A program made the position numbers and the translations under genes. Of a DNA stretch of 64,000 nt, positions 29,666-39,277 are shown piece by piece; the first letter of the stretch is position 1; the number at the start of each line of letters is the position of its first letter. This DNA comes from Solirubrobacteraceae bacterium (GTDB taxonomy: Bacteria; Actinomycetota; Thermoleophilia; Solirubrobacterales; Solirubrobacteraceae): contig JBELAG010000001.1 in the NCBI GenBank assembly GCA_049509055.1, positions 8,895 to 72,894 on the forward strand, in the 5' to 3' direction. The notes beneath the pieces were generated by a model. That model was not told where the DNA came from. It did no database searches and saw only the letters and a program-made list of their open reading frames with translations.

Positions 29666-31372
29666 CTATGGACCGGGCGGCGCGCGGCGCAGGCGGTAGA
29701 AGAGCACGCCGCCGGTCGAGATCGGGCGAGCGCCGAGCGTCGCGAACAGGGTTCGCCATGGCCCCGGCACGCCCTCCTCGACGACGATCGCGGTGACGTG
29801 TTTGGCCGCCACGAAGCGGCGCAGCTGGGCCGGCCATCCGGGGGTCAACTGCCCGGTGAGCAGCGTGTTCCAGGTCGGAAACCGGGCGTAGGCTGCCGGG
29901 AACGGGTTGCCGGCGTAGCCGTCGGAGAGATTGAAGGCAAAGCCGGTGTCGGCCTGCCAGCGCTCGTTGGGGCCCCACGCCGGGATCGTCACCACGTTGT
30001 CGGTGGCCTTCAGGTAGGAGCGGTAGGCGCCGGAGGCGAAGAAGGCGGGGTCCGCGACCGGCACGTTCCAGGCGACGTTGCCGACATCCGGGAGGATCAG
30101 CGCCACGGCCACCGCCGCCAGCCCCCAGCGCCACAGCCGGCCCCGGCCCGCGGGCCGGGGCGGCGCCTGCTCGGGACTCAGGAACAGGGCGACGATCACC
30201 GCCACCGGCAGGTCGACGAACAGCGCCAGGCGCACCGGGATCGCGTAGCGCAGGACGGGCAGGTGCGACAGGACCAGCCACGGCATCGGGATCGACGTCT
30301 TGTGGCCGCGCACGAGGAGATGGGCGCCGAGCGTGCACAGCCCGGCCGCCGCGATCGACAACGTGACCACCCACGCCGCGCGGGTGCGGCGCTGCTCCCA
30401 GGCGAAGATCGCGACCAGCACGATCAGCCCGACACCCAGGTAGCCCTCGGTATTGGAGCCGACGAACATCGGCGCTCGCCGCGTGATCGCCATCAGCGGC
30501 GAGGGCAGCGCGTAGGACGCGAGGTCGGCGGGGAAGTGCGTCGCCGCCGGCGGATAGTGCTGCCCGAAGAAGAAGTAGTAGAGAAACGGGCTGATCAGCA
30601 CGGCGGTGATCGCGAACGCCCCGGCCAGCGGGGGGACGAGCTCGCGCAGCGCGCGGCGCGCCGCCGGCAGCAGGACGAACGCCAGGACGAGCGCGAGCAC
30701 ACCGAACAGCGCCGAGGTCGCCAGCACCTCGCTGGAGATGAGGTACTGCCCGGTGAGCGCGAGCGCCATCGCGATCACGAAGCGCCGCCGGCTGATCGCG
30801 TCGCGCAGGCGCAGCGCCACCAGCCACACGAACACCGGCACGAGCGCGGCCAGCGCCAGGTACGGCCCGCCGGTGAGGTGGATCAGCATGTACGGCGAGA
30901 ACCCGAACACGTAGCCGCCGGCCAGCGAGGGCCCGACCCGGCCGGTGAGCTCCCGACACAGCAGGAACGCGGTCCAGGCGCTGAGCGCCGGCGAGGCCAG
31001 CTGGATCACGTTCCAGGTGACCGCCGGGCCGAACGCCAGCGTCACCGGCGAGAGCAGGATGGCCGGGCCGGGCATCGCCGTCGACCACGTCAGGTTGAAG
31101 CCCGAGGGGACGAACATGACGTGGGTCACGAACGGGTTGAGCCCGTGCAGCAGCGCGTGCGGCCACCACGCGAAGAACCACATGAACTGGCTGGAGTCGA
31201 TCGTGTCCGACGCGATGATCCGGCTGTCGAGATGCCCGACGACCGGGCCCCCGAACAGCACCAGCGACAGGGCCGCGTACAGCCCGAGCGGCCACAGCGC
31301 GTCGCGCCGGCGGGGCGTGTCCGTCGCTCTGGGCGCCGGCCACGCCCCGGCCCGCAACCGCGTGGCGGTCAC
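29666..31372 (-). CDS. GT-C-like polytopic membrane protein (uncharacterised)
   Basis: Multi-TM protein with an early acidic loop (SDTIDSSQFMWFFAWWPHA), GGYVFGFSPYM, ISSEVL and RYAIPVR. GTG 31372 is coupled to the upstream gene. Confidence 0.65.
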   Translation of the reverse strand: MTATRLRAGAWPAPRATDTPRRRDALWPLGLYAALSLVLFGGPVVGHLDSRIIASDTIDSSQFMWFFAWWPHALLHGLNPFVTHVMFVPSGFNLTWSTAMPGPAILLSPVTLAFGPAVTWNVIQLASPALSAWTAFLLCRELTGRVGPSLAGGYVFGFSPYMLIHLTGGPYLALAALVPVFVWLVALRLRDAISRRRFVIAMALALTGQYLISSEVLATSALFGVLALVLAFVLLPAARRALRELVPPLAGAFAITAVLISPFLYYFFFGQHYPPAATHFPADLASYALPSPLMAITRRAPMFVGSNTEGYLGVGLIVLVAIFAWEQRRTRAAWVVTLSIAAAGLCTLGAHLLVRGHKTSIPMPWLVLSHLPVLRYAIPVRLALFVDLPVAVIVALFLSPEQAPPRPAGRGRLWRWGLAAVAVALILPDVGNVAWNVPVADPAFFASGAYRSYLKATDNVVTIPAWGPNERWQADTGFAFNLSDGYAGNPFPAAYARFPTWNTLLTGQLTPGWPAQLRRFVAAKHVTAIVVEEGVPGPWRTLFATLGARPISTGGVLFYRLRRAPPGP

Positions 31373-32406
31373 CGCCGGGCGGGGGCCGGCGCGAGCCCGG
31401 GGGCCGGCGCGAGCCCGGGGGCCGCGGCCGCCCCGGGGGCCGCGGCGGGCGCTGCCGGGTCGCGGATCACGCAGTCGACGAGATACAGCGGGCGCCCCAG
31501 CACCTCGGCGTGGACCCGCGCGAGGTAGCGGCCGAGGATTCCGACGGTCGTCAGCTGGACGCCCGACAGGAACAGCACGGCGGCCAGCACCCACACCCAC
31601 ACGCTGGGGTGCACGGCGCCGATCAGGCTGAGCAGCAGGATCACCACCGCGCCGAGCGCGCTCAGCTGCGCGGTGAGCATGCCGAACAGCGTGGCGAGCT
31701 GGAGCGGGACGTCGGAGAAGGCGGTCAGCGCCTCGAGCGCCAGGCCGAGCAGCTGCGGATAGGTGGCGCCGCGCCCGGCGTGGCGCCCCGCCCGCCGGTA
31801 CTCGACCGGCACCTGCACGAACCCCACCCACGCCACCAGCCCGCGCAGGAAGCGCCGGCGCTCGGGCATCTGCCGGATCGCCTCGACGACCCGCCGCGAC
31901 ATCACCCGGAAGTCGCCGGCCTGGCCCTGGTAGGGGACCCGCGCGACGCGGGCCATCAGGCCGTAGAAAGCGGTGGCGAGAAAGCGCTTGACCGCGCTCT
32001 CGTCGCGGCCGATCCGCCGCGCGTAGGCGACGTCGGCGCCGCCGCGGACGGCGGCGAGCATCTCGGCCAGCAGCTCGGGCGGGTCCTGGAGGTCGGCGTG
32101 CATCAGCGCGACGTAGCGGCCGCGGGCATGGTCGAGCCCCGCGGACATCGCGATCTCCATCCCGAAGTTGCGCGACAGCCTGACGAGCGCGACCTCGACC
32201 GCGCCGGCGCCGACCCAGCCCCGGACGAGCTGCACCGAACGGTCGCTGGACCCGTCGTCGACGTAGACGATCTCGGTCGGCCCGTCGAGGGCGCCGAGCG
32301 TCTCGGTCAGCCGGCGATGCAGCTCGGGCAGGCCCGCCTCCTCGTTGAGGACCGGGACGACGACCGAGAGCAGCGGCTCCTGTGGGGCGGCTGGCGGGCT
32401 CATCAC
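31369..32406 (-). CDS. GT2, GtrB/CsbB/ArnC-like undecaprenyl-phosphate glycosyltransferase
   Basis: VVPVLNEE, YVDDGSSD, LSRNFG, MHADLQDPP, GDFRVMSRR, RFLRGLVAWVGF, two C-terminal TM helices. Confidence 0.9.
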   Translation of the reverse strand: MMSPPAAPQEPLLSVVVPVLNEEAGLPELHRRLTETLGALDGPTEIVYVDDGSSDRSVQLVRGWVGAGAVEVALVRLSRNFGMEIAMSAGLDHARGRYVALMHADLQDPPELLAEMLAAVRGGADVAYARRIGRDESAVKRFLATAFYGLMARVARVPYQGQAGDFRVMSRRVVEAIRQMPERRRFLRGLVAWVGFVQVPVEYRRAGRHAGRGATYPQLLGLALEALTAFSDVPLQLATLFGMLTAQLSALGAVVILLLSLIGAVHPSVWVWVLAAVLFLSGVQLTTVGILGRYLARVHAEVLGRPLYLVDCVIRDPAAPAAAPGAAAAPGLAPAPGLAPAPARR

Positions 32407-32454
32407 GTGCGGAGACTAAGGGGTGACGGGACGGGCGCAATACAATCGCCCGCC

Positions 32455-33219
32455 TTGGAGCAGCAGGCTTACCGCGAGCAGTTCGAGCTCGAGGACACCC
32501 ACTGGTGGTTCGCCGGGCGGCGCGCGGTGATTCGGGCGCTGCTGCAGCGCACCGGCGCGATCGACGGCCTGCGGCTGCTCGATGCCGGCTGCGGAACCGG
32601 CCACAACCTGCGGGAGTTCGGCACGCCCGGCACCGCGCGCGGGGTCGACTCCTCGCCGCAGGCGATCGAGTTCTGCCGGCTGCGGGGCGTGGAGGGGGTC
32701 AGCGAGGGCCGGATCGAGGAGCTGCCCTTCCCCGACGGCTCGTTCGATCTGATCCTCGCCACCGACGTGCTCGAGCACCTGTCCGACGATCGCGCGGCGA
32801 TGCGCGAGCTGCGCCGCGTCGCCGCCCCCGGCGCCCGGCTGCTGGCGACCGTGCCCGCCTATCGCTGGCTGTGGAGTCAGCACGACACCGCCCACCATCA
32901 CTTCCGCCGCTACACGCTGGCGCGGCTGCGTGGCCGGCTGCAGGCGGCCGGCTGGCGCCCGCTGGCCTGGAGCTACTTCAACACCGTCCTGCTGCCCCCG
33001 ATCGCCGCCGTCCGCGTGCTCGGCCGCCGCCACACCGATGCCGACGGCGAGCGCCCCGACCTGCGGCTGACGCCGGCGGCGCTCAACCGCCTGCTCGAGG
33101 CGCCGATGCGCCTCGAGGCCGGGCTGATCGGCCACGGCGCCCGGCTTCCCGCCGGGGTTTCGATCGGGATCGTCTGCGCCGCCGGCGAGCCCGCCGGCGA
33201 GCCCGCCGGCGTTCGGTGA
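32455..33219 (+). CDS. Class I SAM-dependent methyltransferase
   Basis: EDTHWWFAGRR, LLDAGCGTG, TDVLEHL, TVPAYRWLWSQHD, HFRRY. TTG start. Confidence 0.88.
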   Translation: MEQQAYREQFELEDTHWWFAGRRAVIRALLQRTGAIDGLRLLDAGCGTGHNLREFGTPGTARGVDSSPQAIEFCRLRGVEGVSEGRIEELPFPDGSFDLILATDVLEHLSDDRAAMRELRRVAAPGARLLATVPAYRWLWSQHDTAHHHFRRYTLARLRGRLQAAGWRPLAWSYFNTVLLPPIAAVRVLGRRHTDADGERPDLRLTPAALNRLLEAPMRLEAGLIGHGARLPAGVSIGIVCAAGEPAGEPAGVR

Positions 33220-33992
33220 TCGGGCGGGCGGCCCGGTCGCTGGCGCTGCGCGCGGCCGATGCCGCCGACGGCGCGCTCGGCCGCAGCGACGCCCTGACGC
33301 CGCCCCGGCGCCTGTCGGACTACGTCGGCGACTCGGATTTCCGGGCCACCGGCGCCGAGTTCCTCGGCTATTTCGAGGAGCTCGCCGGGCTCGAGTCCTC
33401 GGATCGGGTACTCGAGATCGGCTGCGGGATCGGACGCATGGCGCGGGTGCTCGTGCCGGTGCTGCGCCCGCCGGGCGGCTATGACGGCTTCGACGTGGTG
33501 CGGACGGGGATCGACTGGTGCCGTTCGCGCTATGTCCGAACCCCGGCGCCGTTTCGCTTCCACCACGCCGACCTGCGCAACGCGGCCTACAACCCGGCGG
33601 GCTCGCTGGCGCCCGACGAGTACCGCTTCCCGTTTCACGACGGCGCCTTCGACCTCGTGATCGCCACCTCGGTCTTCACCCACCTGCTCGCCGGGACGGC
33701 CGATCACTACCTGGCCGAGGCGGCGCGCGTGCTGGCGCCGGGCGGCCGGCTGTTCACGACGTGGCTGCTGATCCCCGCCGGCGCGCCGACGCCACCGGCG
33801 TTCGCGCGCCGGCGTGAGGTCGCCGTCCGCGATCCCGCGGTGCCCGAGGCGGCGGTCGCCTACGACGAGCCGTGGCTGCGCGAGCGCCTGCCGGCCCACG
33901 GTCTCACGATCGATGCGATCACCCCCGGGACATGGTCGGGGCGCGAGGGCCGCACCCCCCAAGACGTCGTGATCGCGCTTCGAGCGCGGTAG
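33216..33992 (+). CDS. Class I SAM-dependent methyltransferase
   Basis: VLEIGCGIGR, YDGFDV, SVFTHL, LAPGGRLFTT. GTGA coupling. Confidence 0.88.
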   Translation: MIGRAARSLALRAADAADGALGRSDALTPPRRLSDYVGDSDFRATGAEFLGYFEELAGLESSDRVLEIGCGIGRMARVLVPVLRPPGGYDGFDVVRTGIDWCRSRYVRTPAPFRFHHADLRNAAYNPAGSLAPDEYRFPFHDGAFDLVIATSVFTHLLAGTADHYLAEAARVLAPGGRLFTTWLLIPAGAPTPPAFARRREVAVRDPAVPEAAVAYDEPWLRERLPAHGLTIDAITPGTWSGREGRTPQDVVIALRAR

Positions 33993-34040
33993 CGCCCGGA
34001 CGTTCGGGAGGTTGTACACCGTATTCGGAGCCGGTCTCCC

Positions 34041-35507
34041 TCACGTCCCCCGCCCCCGCAACGCTGCGAGCAGTTCGGACACGAGTGTCCGCTCGCGGCG
34101 AAACACCAACGCTCCGTACACGACGCTGAACAGCAGCAGTTCGCCGATCGCCTGCGCCGGCGTGCGCCGGCCGCCCCACAGCGCGAGCCGCAACGCCACC
34201 ACCGCCGCGCAGGCGAGCGCGAGCGGCAGCAGGACCGGACCGACGAGCCGGCGGTAGCGGGCGTTGGGCAGCAGGCGCCGGACGTAGACGCTGCGGACGG
34301 CGAAGGCCACCAGCGCCGCGCCGATCCGGCCCAGGACGAAGCCGTCGAAGCCGTCGAGCAGCAGGCCGGCCGGCGCGAGGGCGACGAACGCGATCGCGCC
34401 GGCGACCGCCTCGACCGCCGGCGGGCGGGTGTCGCCGTGCGCGCGAAAGAACGAGAACCAGTTGAAGCCCAGCTGGGTGATCGCGCCGACCACCGCGAGG
34501 CCCTGGAGCAGCACGACCGCGGGGTGCCAGCTCGGACCGAGGATGAAGCCGACGAGGTCCGGGGCGAACAGGACGAGCCCGGCGGCGTAGGGCGCCACCC
34601 ACAGCAGCGTCGCGCGATTGGACTTCAGGTAGAGCTCCTCGAGCGCCGGCCGCTGGCCCTGGATCGCGCAGATCGCCGGGTAGATCGTCGCCGTGACGAT
34701 CTGGTCGGCGCGGTCGATGTAGCGCGTCAGGGTGACCGCGAGCGTGATGAAGCCGGCCGCCGCCAGCCCGTCGTGGAGCTTGATCACCAGCACCGGCCCC
34801 TGGGCGATCACGATCGCCCCCAGGACCGTGACGAGGATCGGCGCCGAGAAGCGCAGGTAGCGGGCGGCGATCGCGCGGTCATAGCGCAGCGCCAGCGGGT
34901 AGGGGGCGACGGCGAGCGCCGCCGCGACCGCGACCGCGTAGCCCGCGACCTGGCCGACGATCAGGCTCCACACCCCCAGCGAGGTGGCGGCCGCCAGCGG
35001 CACCGTGACGACAAAGCCGACCAGCGGCTGGATCGCCTGCAGCGAGCGCTGGCGGCGGAAGTCCATCCGGCGAAAGAACACCCACAGCGGCGCCTGCAGC
35101 GCGAACGCGAGCGGGAGATACGCGAGGCTCGCCATCAGCGCCAGCAGCCGGTGGTCGGAGTAGATCGCGGCGACCGCCGGCGACAGCGCGAGGATGATCG
35201 CGCACATCGCCACCGACAGCCCGAGCTCGAGCGTGAACGCGTACTGGAACTCGGCCCGCTGGTCGGGCTGGTCCTGCTGAACGAACGCCTCGTCGATGCC
35301 GACCCGCTTGAGCGCGATCAGCGAGATCACGGTCGTCGAGACGACGCCGTAGAGGCCGATCTGGCGCGGGCCCAGCAGGCGGGTCACGACCAGCCCCTGG
35401 ACGAGCACGAGCGCATCGATCGCCACCAGGAAGCCGGCGGTGACGATCGTGCCCCGCAGCGTGCGCCGGCGCAGCTCGCCGCGAGGGAAGGGCAGCCGCT
35501 CGCTCAT
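34041..35507 (-). CDS. wzx: Oligosaccharide flippase (Wzx/MOP family)
   Basis: RRTLRG start, TRLLGP..IGLYG, RRMDFRR, SLGVWSLIVGQ, ~12-14 TM pattern. Confidence 0.85.
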   Translation of the reverse strand: MSERLPFPRGELRRRTLRGTIVTAGFLVAIDALVLVQGLVVTRLLGPRQIGLYGVVSTTVISLIALKRVGIDEAFVQQDQPDQRAEFQYAFTLELGLSVAMCAIILALSPAVAAIYSDHRLLALMASLAYLPLAFALQAPLWVFFRRMDFRRQRSLQAIQPLVGFVVTVPLAAATSLGVWSLIVGQVAGYAVAVAAALAVAPYPLALRYDRAIAARYLRFSAPILVTVLGAIVIAQGPVLVIKLHDGLAAAGFITLAVTLTRYIDRADQIVTATIYPAICAIQGQRPALEELYLKSNRATLLWVAPYAAGLVLFAPDLVGFILGPSWHPAVVLLQGLAVVGAITQLGFNWFSFFRAHGDTRPPAVEAVAGAIAFVALAPAGLLLDGFDGFVLGRIGAALVAFAVRSVYVRRLLPNARYRRLVGPVLLPLALACAAVVALRLALWGGRRTPAQAIGELLLFSVVYGALVFRRERTLVSELLAALRGRGT

Positions 35508-37039
35508 CGCGTCGCCGCGCGGCGGCCGCCCACCAGCACCTGGTAATAGCCGTAGCGCGCCACCGGGGGATAGTGGGCGGCGATCCAGCGGCCGAGCAGG
35601 TTCACCCCGCTCGACCGACCCGACCCGTTGGGCTCGACCTGGTCGGCGCGCGGATCGAGCCAACGGATCACCACGCGGGTGCCGGAGCGCTGCAGCGAGG
35701 CGATGATCTCGCGCTGGACGGGCGCCGTCGTCACCACCCCCGGCTGCATCACGTCATAGCGCGTCGGGTTGGGATGGCCGGTGATGACGTACAGCTCGGG
35801 GTCGCCGGCCTGCACGAGGTCAAAGCGCGGGTTGGCGACGAAGATCGGGGCGCCCGGGCGGGTGATCCGCGAGAGCTCGGCCAGCAGCAGCGCCAGCGAT
35901 CGGGCATCGGCAGGATCGGTCTGGACGCCATCCCCCGCCGGGCCGGGGACGGCGGCCAGCGCGGGCGGGTGCAGCAGCTGCCCGGCCCGGCGCTCGACCC
36001 CGTGCACCGCGATCAGCGCCAGCGCCAGCGCGACCGCGCCGCGCAGCACGGCGGGCCGGGTGACCGGCGCTGCCCGGGCGAGCATCACCGGCAGCACCGC
36101 GGCCAGCGGCACGAGGTGAAACTCGTCGGTGCGCCCCAGCAGGTAGGCGAGCCCGACGACCGCCAGCGGGACCGGCGAGAAGTCCTCGAGCGCGATCCGG
36201 GCGCGGTCGCCCGCCACGATCGCGACCGCCCACACCGCCAGCCCCGCCACCAGGATCAGCGGGATGTAGAACTCGATCAGCTTGCTCGGCTTCAGCGGCC
36301 CGTGATAGGCGAGCGGGAAGGGGAGCCGCTGCAGGCTCTGGATCGAGTAGAAGCCGATCGTGTCGTGCCACATCGCGCCGGGCGCGACGACGGCGAACGG
36401 GCCCAGCGTGACCGCCGCGACCGCGGCCGCCGCCAACCCGGCCCGCCGGCGCGTGCCCCACGGCGCCTCGAGCGCCACCCCGACGATCGCCGCCAACCCG
36501 AGCTCCAGACGGAACACGCACGCCAGCCCCGCCAACGCGCCCGCCAACCCCGGACGGCGCCGTGCGGCCAGCAGCGCGGCGAAGGCGATCAACAGCGCCG
36601 GCGGGTTGGGGCCCGGAAGGCTCGGATACGCCAGCGCGCCCGCCACCGCCAGCCACGCGCCGAGGGCGTAGGGCTCGGGCGCGCGGCGCCGCGCGAGCCG
36701 GTAGGCGAGCAGCGCGACGGCCGCGTCGGTGGCGACGAGCACCAACCGCCAGGCCAGCAGCGACGGGCCGAAGACGAGCTGCAGCCCGGCCAGGATGACC
36801 TCCTGCCCGGGCTGGTAGTTGGTCCAGAAGTCGCGGTAGGGCCACTGGCCGCCGGCGATCCGCGCGCCCGCCTGGAGCATCAGCCCCTCATCGTGTGGGG
36901 CATAGCCCTGGAGGATCGTGAACCCGGCCAGCAGCCCGGCGAGGGCAAGGAGCGCGCACTGGAGCCCGGGCCCGGGCGGATCGGGGGCGATGCCCCGGGA
37001 TGCGCCGCGCGGGCTCCGCGTCTGGCTGAGCACCGACAT
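35504..37039 (-). CDS. GT-C / ArnT-like membrane protein
   Basis: PHDEGLMLQAGARIAGGQWPYRDFWTNYQPG loop, FRLELG, RTDEFH and a C-terminal soluble domain. Confidence 0.7.
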   Translation of the reverse strand: MSVLSQTRSPRGASRGIAPDPPGPGLQCALLALAGLLAGFTILQGYAPHDEGLMLQAGARIAGGQWPYRDFWTNYQPGQEVILAGLQLVFGPSLLAWRLVLVATDAAVALLAYRLARRRAPEPYALGAWLAVAGALAYPSLPGPNPPALLIAFAALLAARRRPGLAGALAGLACVFRLELGLAAIVGVALEAPWGTRRRAGLAAAAVAAVTLGPFAVVAPGAMWHDTIGFYSIQSLQRLPFPLAYHGPLKPSKLIEFYIPLILVAGLAVWAVAIVAGDRARIALEDFSPVPLAVVGLAYLLGRTDEFHLVPLAAVLPVMLARAAPVTRPAVLRGAVALALALIAVHGVERRAGQLLHPPALAAVPGPAGDGVQTDPADARSLALLLAELSRITRPGAPIFVANPRFDLVQAGDPELYVITGHPNPTRYDVMQPGVVTTAPVQREIIASLQRSGTRVVIRWLDPRADQVEPNGSGRSSGVNLLGRWIAAHYPPVARYGYYQVLVGGRRAATR

Positions 37040-37161
37040 CCGCCGCGTCCCGGCGCCCGGGCCAGGACGGCGCCCGCCGCCCGCCGTGACGGGACCGCGG
37101 GAGCCTCCGTCCGTCATCCGCCGCGAGTCTATCTGCGTGACCGACGTGTACGGTCGCGGCC

Positions 37162-38283
37162 ATGAGGGTGCTGGTCGACGCGCGGTCACTGGCCGGCTCG
37201 CGGGGGGTGACGCGCTACACGCGCTGCCTGCTGGAGGCGATGGCCGCGGACTTCCCCGGCGACCGCTGGGTGGTGTTCGCCCCCGGCCGCGACGAGCTGC
37301 CAGGGATCGACGGGCTGCGGGCACTGAGAAACGTCTCGGTCCGCCGCCACCCGCTGCCGGGCCGGGTGCTGTTCGGCGCCGCCGCGGTGGCCGGCCGGCC
37401 GCGGCTCGAGCGGCTGGCCGGCGCCCCAGGGCCCGACGTCGTGTGGGCCCCCGCAGTGGCCCCGATCGCCGTGTCGCCGGGGATCCCGCTGGTGCTGACC
37501 GTGCACGATCTCAGCTTCGAGCTGCGTCCGCAGGACTTCACCGCCTACGAGCGCCTGTGGCATCGCCTGGCCCGCCCGCGGGCCCTGGCCGCCCGCGCGG
37601 CCGCGGTGATCGTGCCGGCGCCGTCGACGCGCGAGCAGCTCGTCTCCCGCTGGGGCCTGGACCGCGCCCGGATCGTCGTCGTGCCCGAAGGGGCGTTGCG
37701 CTCGGCGGCGGACCGCGGAGCGCCCGTCGAGTCCGGCGCGATGCTCGCGCGCCGCGGGCTGACGCCCGGCGGATACCTGCTCGCCGTCGGCGCGCTGGAG
37801 CCGCGCAAGGCGCCGCAGCTGCTGGCGCGGGCCTACGCCACGGCGCGCCGGCGCGGGCTGCGGGCCGAGCTCGTGTTCGCCGGGGAGGGCCGCCTCGCAT
37901 CGCGGCTGGTGGCGCCGGGCGTGCGGCTGCTGGGGCGGGTGACCGACGCCGAGCTCGGCGCGCTGTACGCGGGGGCGATCGCGCTGGCGGCGCCCTCGCT
38001 GCTGGAGGGTTACGGGCTGACCGTGCGCGAGGCGCTGGCCCACGGCACCCCGGCGGTGATCAGCGATCTGCCGGAGTTCGGCGACGAGCTGTCGGGCGCG
38101 GTCCTGCGCGTGCCGGCGGGCGACGAGGACGCGCTCAGCCTGGCGCTGGCGCGGATCGCGGGCGACCCGGCAGTGCGCGCCGCGCTGGCCGGCGCCGCGC
38201 GCCCGGCGGTGGCGGGGCTGAGCTGGCGGGCCGCCGGCGAGCGGACCCGGGCGGTGCTGGAGCGGGCGAGCGCCGGGCGATGA
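37162..38283 (+). CDS. Glycosyltransferase family 4 (mannosyltransferase-like)
   Basis: MRVLVDARSL, LTVHDL, VGALEPRK, PSLLEGYGLTVREALAHGTP. Confidence 0.9.
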   Translation: MRVLVDARSLAGSRGVTRYTRCLLEAMAADFPGDRWVVFAPGRDELPGIDGLRALRNVSVRRHPLPGRVLFGAAAVAGRPRLERLAGAPGPDVVWAPAVAPIAVSPGIPLVLTVHDLSFELRPQDFTAYERLWHRLARPRALAARAAAVIVPAPSTREQLVSRWGLDRARIVVVPEGALRSAADRGAPVESGAMLARRGLTPGGYLLAVGALEPRKAPQLLARAYATARRRGLRAELVFAGEGRLASRLVAPGVRLLGRVTDAELGALYAGAIALAAPSLLEGYGLTVREALAHGTPAVISDLPEFGDELSGAVLRVPAGDEDALSLALARIAGDPAVRAALAGAARPAVAGLSWRAAGERTRAVLERASAGR

Positions 38284-39257
38284 GCGCGCGGACGTCGGTG
38301 GTCATCCCCAACTGGAACGGCCGGCGCTGGCTGGAGCCGTGCCTGGCGGCCCTGGCCGCCCAGGATCTGGCGGCGGCCGAGGTGATCGTCGTCGACAACG
38401 GCTCCACCGACGGCTCGCGGGAGTACCTGCGCGACCGCCATCCCGAGGTCCGGGTGCTCGCGCTGGCGACCAACACCGGCTTCGCCCACGCCGCCAACGC
38501 GGGCATGGCCGCCGCGCAGGCCGAGTTCGTGGCGCTGATCAACACCGACGTCGAGCTCGCCCCCGACTGGCTGCGGCGAACCGCGCAGGCGCTGCACGAC
38601 CACCCGCGGGCGGCGTCGGTGGCCTGCAAGATGCTGTCGCTCGAGCATCCCGAGCTCGTCTACGACGCGGGTGACATCCTTCGCCGCGACGGAGTCTGCG
38701 AGCAGCGCGGACGGTCCGGGGCCGACGACGGCCGCTACGACGAGGCCGGCGAGATCTTCGGCGCGTGCGCCGGGGCGGCGCTCTACCGGCGGGCGGTGGT
38801 GCGGGCGATCGGCGGGTTCGACGAGCGCTACTTCGCCTACCTGGAGGACGTCGATCTGGCGTTGCGGCTGCGGCTGGCGGGATGGGGATGCCGGTATGAG
38901 CCGGTGGTGGCGTGGCACGCCGGCGAGGGCTCGTCGCATCAGCTCGCGGGCGGGCATCAGCGGCTGGTGGAGCGCAACACGCTGGTCCTGGTCGCCAAGG
39001 CCTTCCCGCCGGCCTGGCTGCCGATGGTGCTCTACCGCCAGGCCGGTTGGCTGGCGCACGCCGCCCGCGAGCGGCGGCTGCGCGCGCACCTGCGCGGCGC
39101 CCTGGGCGCGCTTCCGCTGGCGCGCCACGCCCTCGCGCAGCGCCGCCGGCTGCGCGCGACGGCGGTGATCGGCGTCGCCGAAGCGGTTCCCGCGCGCGCG
39201 TTTCACGGATCCCAGGCCGGGGGACACCCGGATAAGAAAGCTGGGGCCCGCCGCTAA
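38280..39257 (+). CDS. Glycosyltransferase family 2 (GT2-like, rhamnosyl/galactofuranosyl type)
   Basis: VVIPNWNG, VVDNGSTDG, NTGFAHAAN, LINTD, CAGAALYRR, FDERYFAYLEDVD. Confidence 0.9.
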   Translation: MSARTSVVIPNWNGRRWLEPCLAALAAQDLAAAEVIVVDNGSTDGSREYLRDRHPEVRVLALATNTGFAHAANAGMAAAQAEFVALINTDVELAPDWLRRTAQALHDHPRAASVACKMLSLEHPELVYDAGDILRRDGVCEQRGRSGADDGRYDEAGEIFGACAGAALYRRAVVRAIGGFDERYFAYLEDVDLALRLRLAGWGCRYEPVVAWHAGEGSSHQLAGGHQRLVERNTLVLVAKAFPPAWLPMVLYRQAGWLAHAARERRLRAHLRGALGALPLARHALAQRRRLRATAVIGVAEAVPARAFHGSQAGGHPDKKAGARR

Positions 39258-39277
39258 CGTTGTCTGATGGAGAGGAA

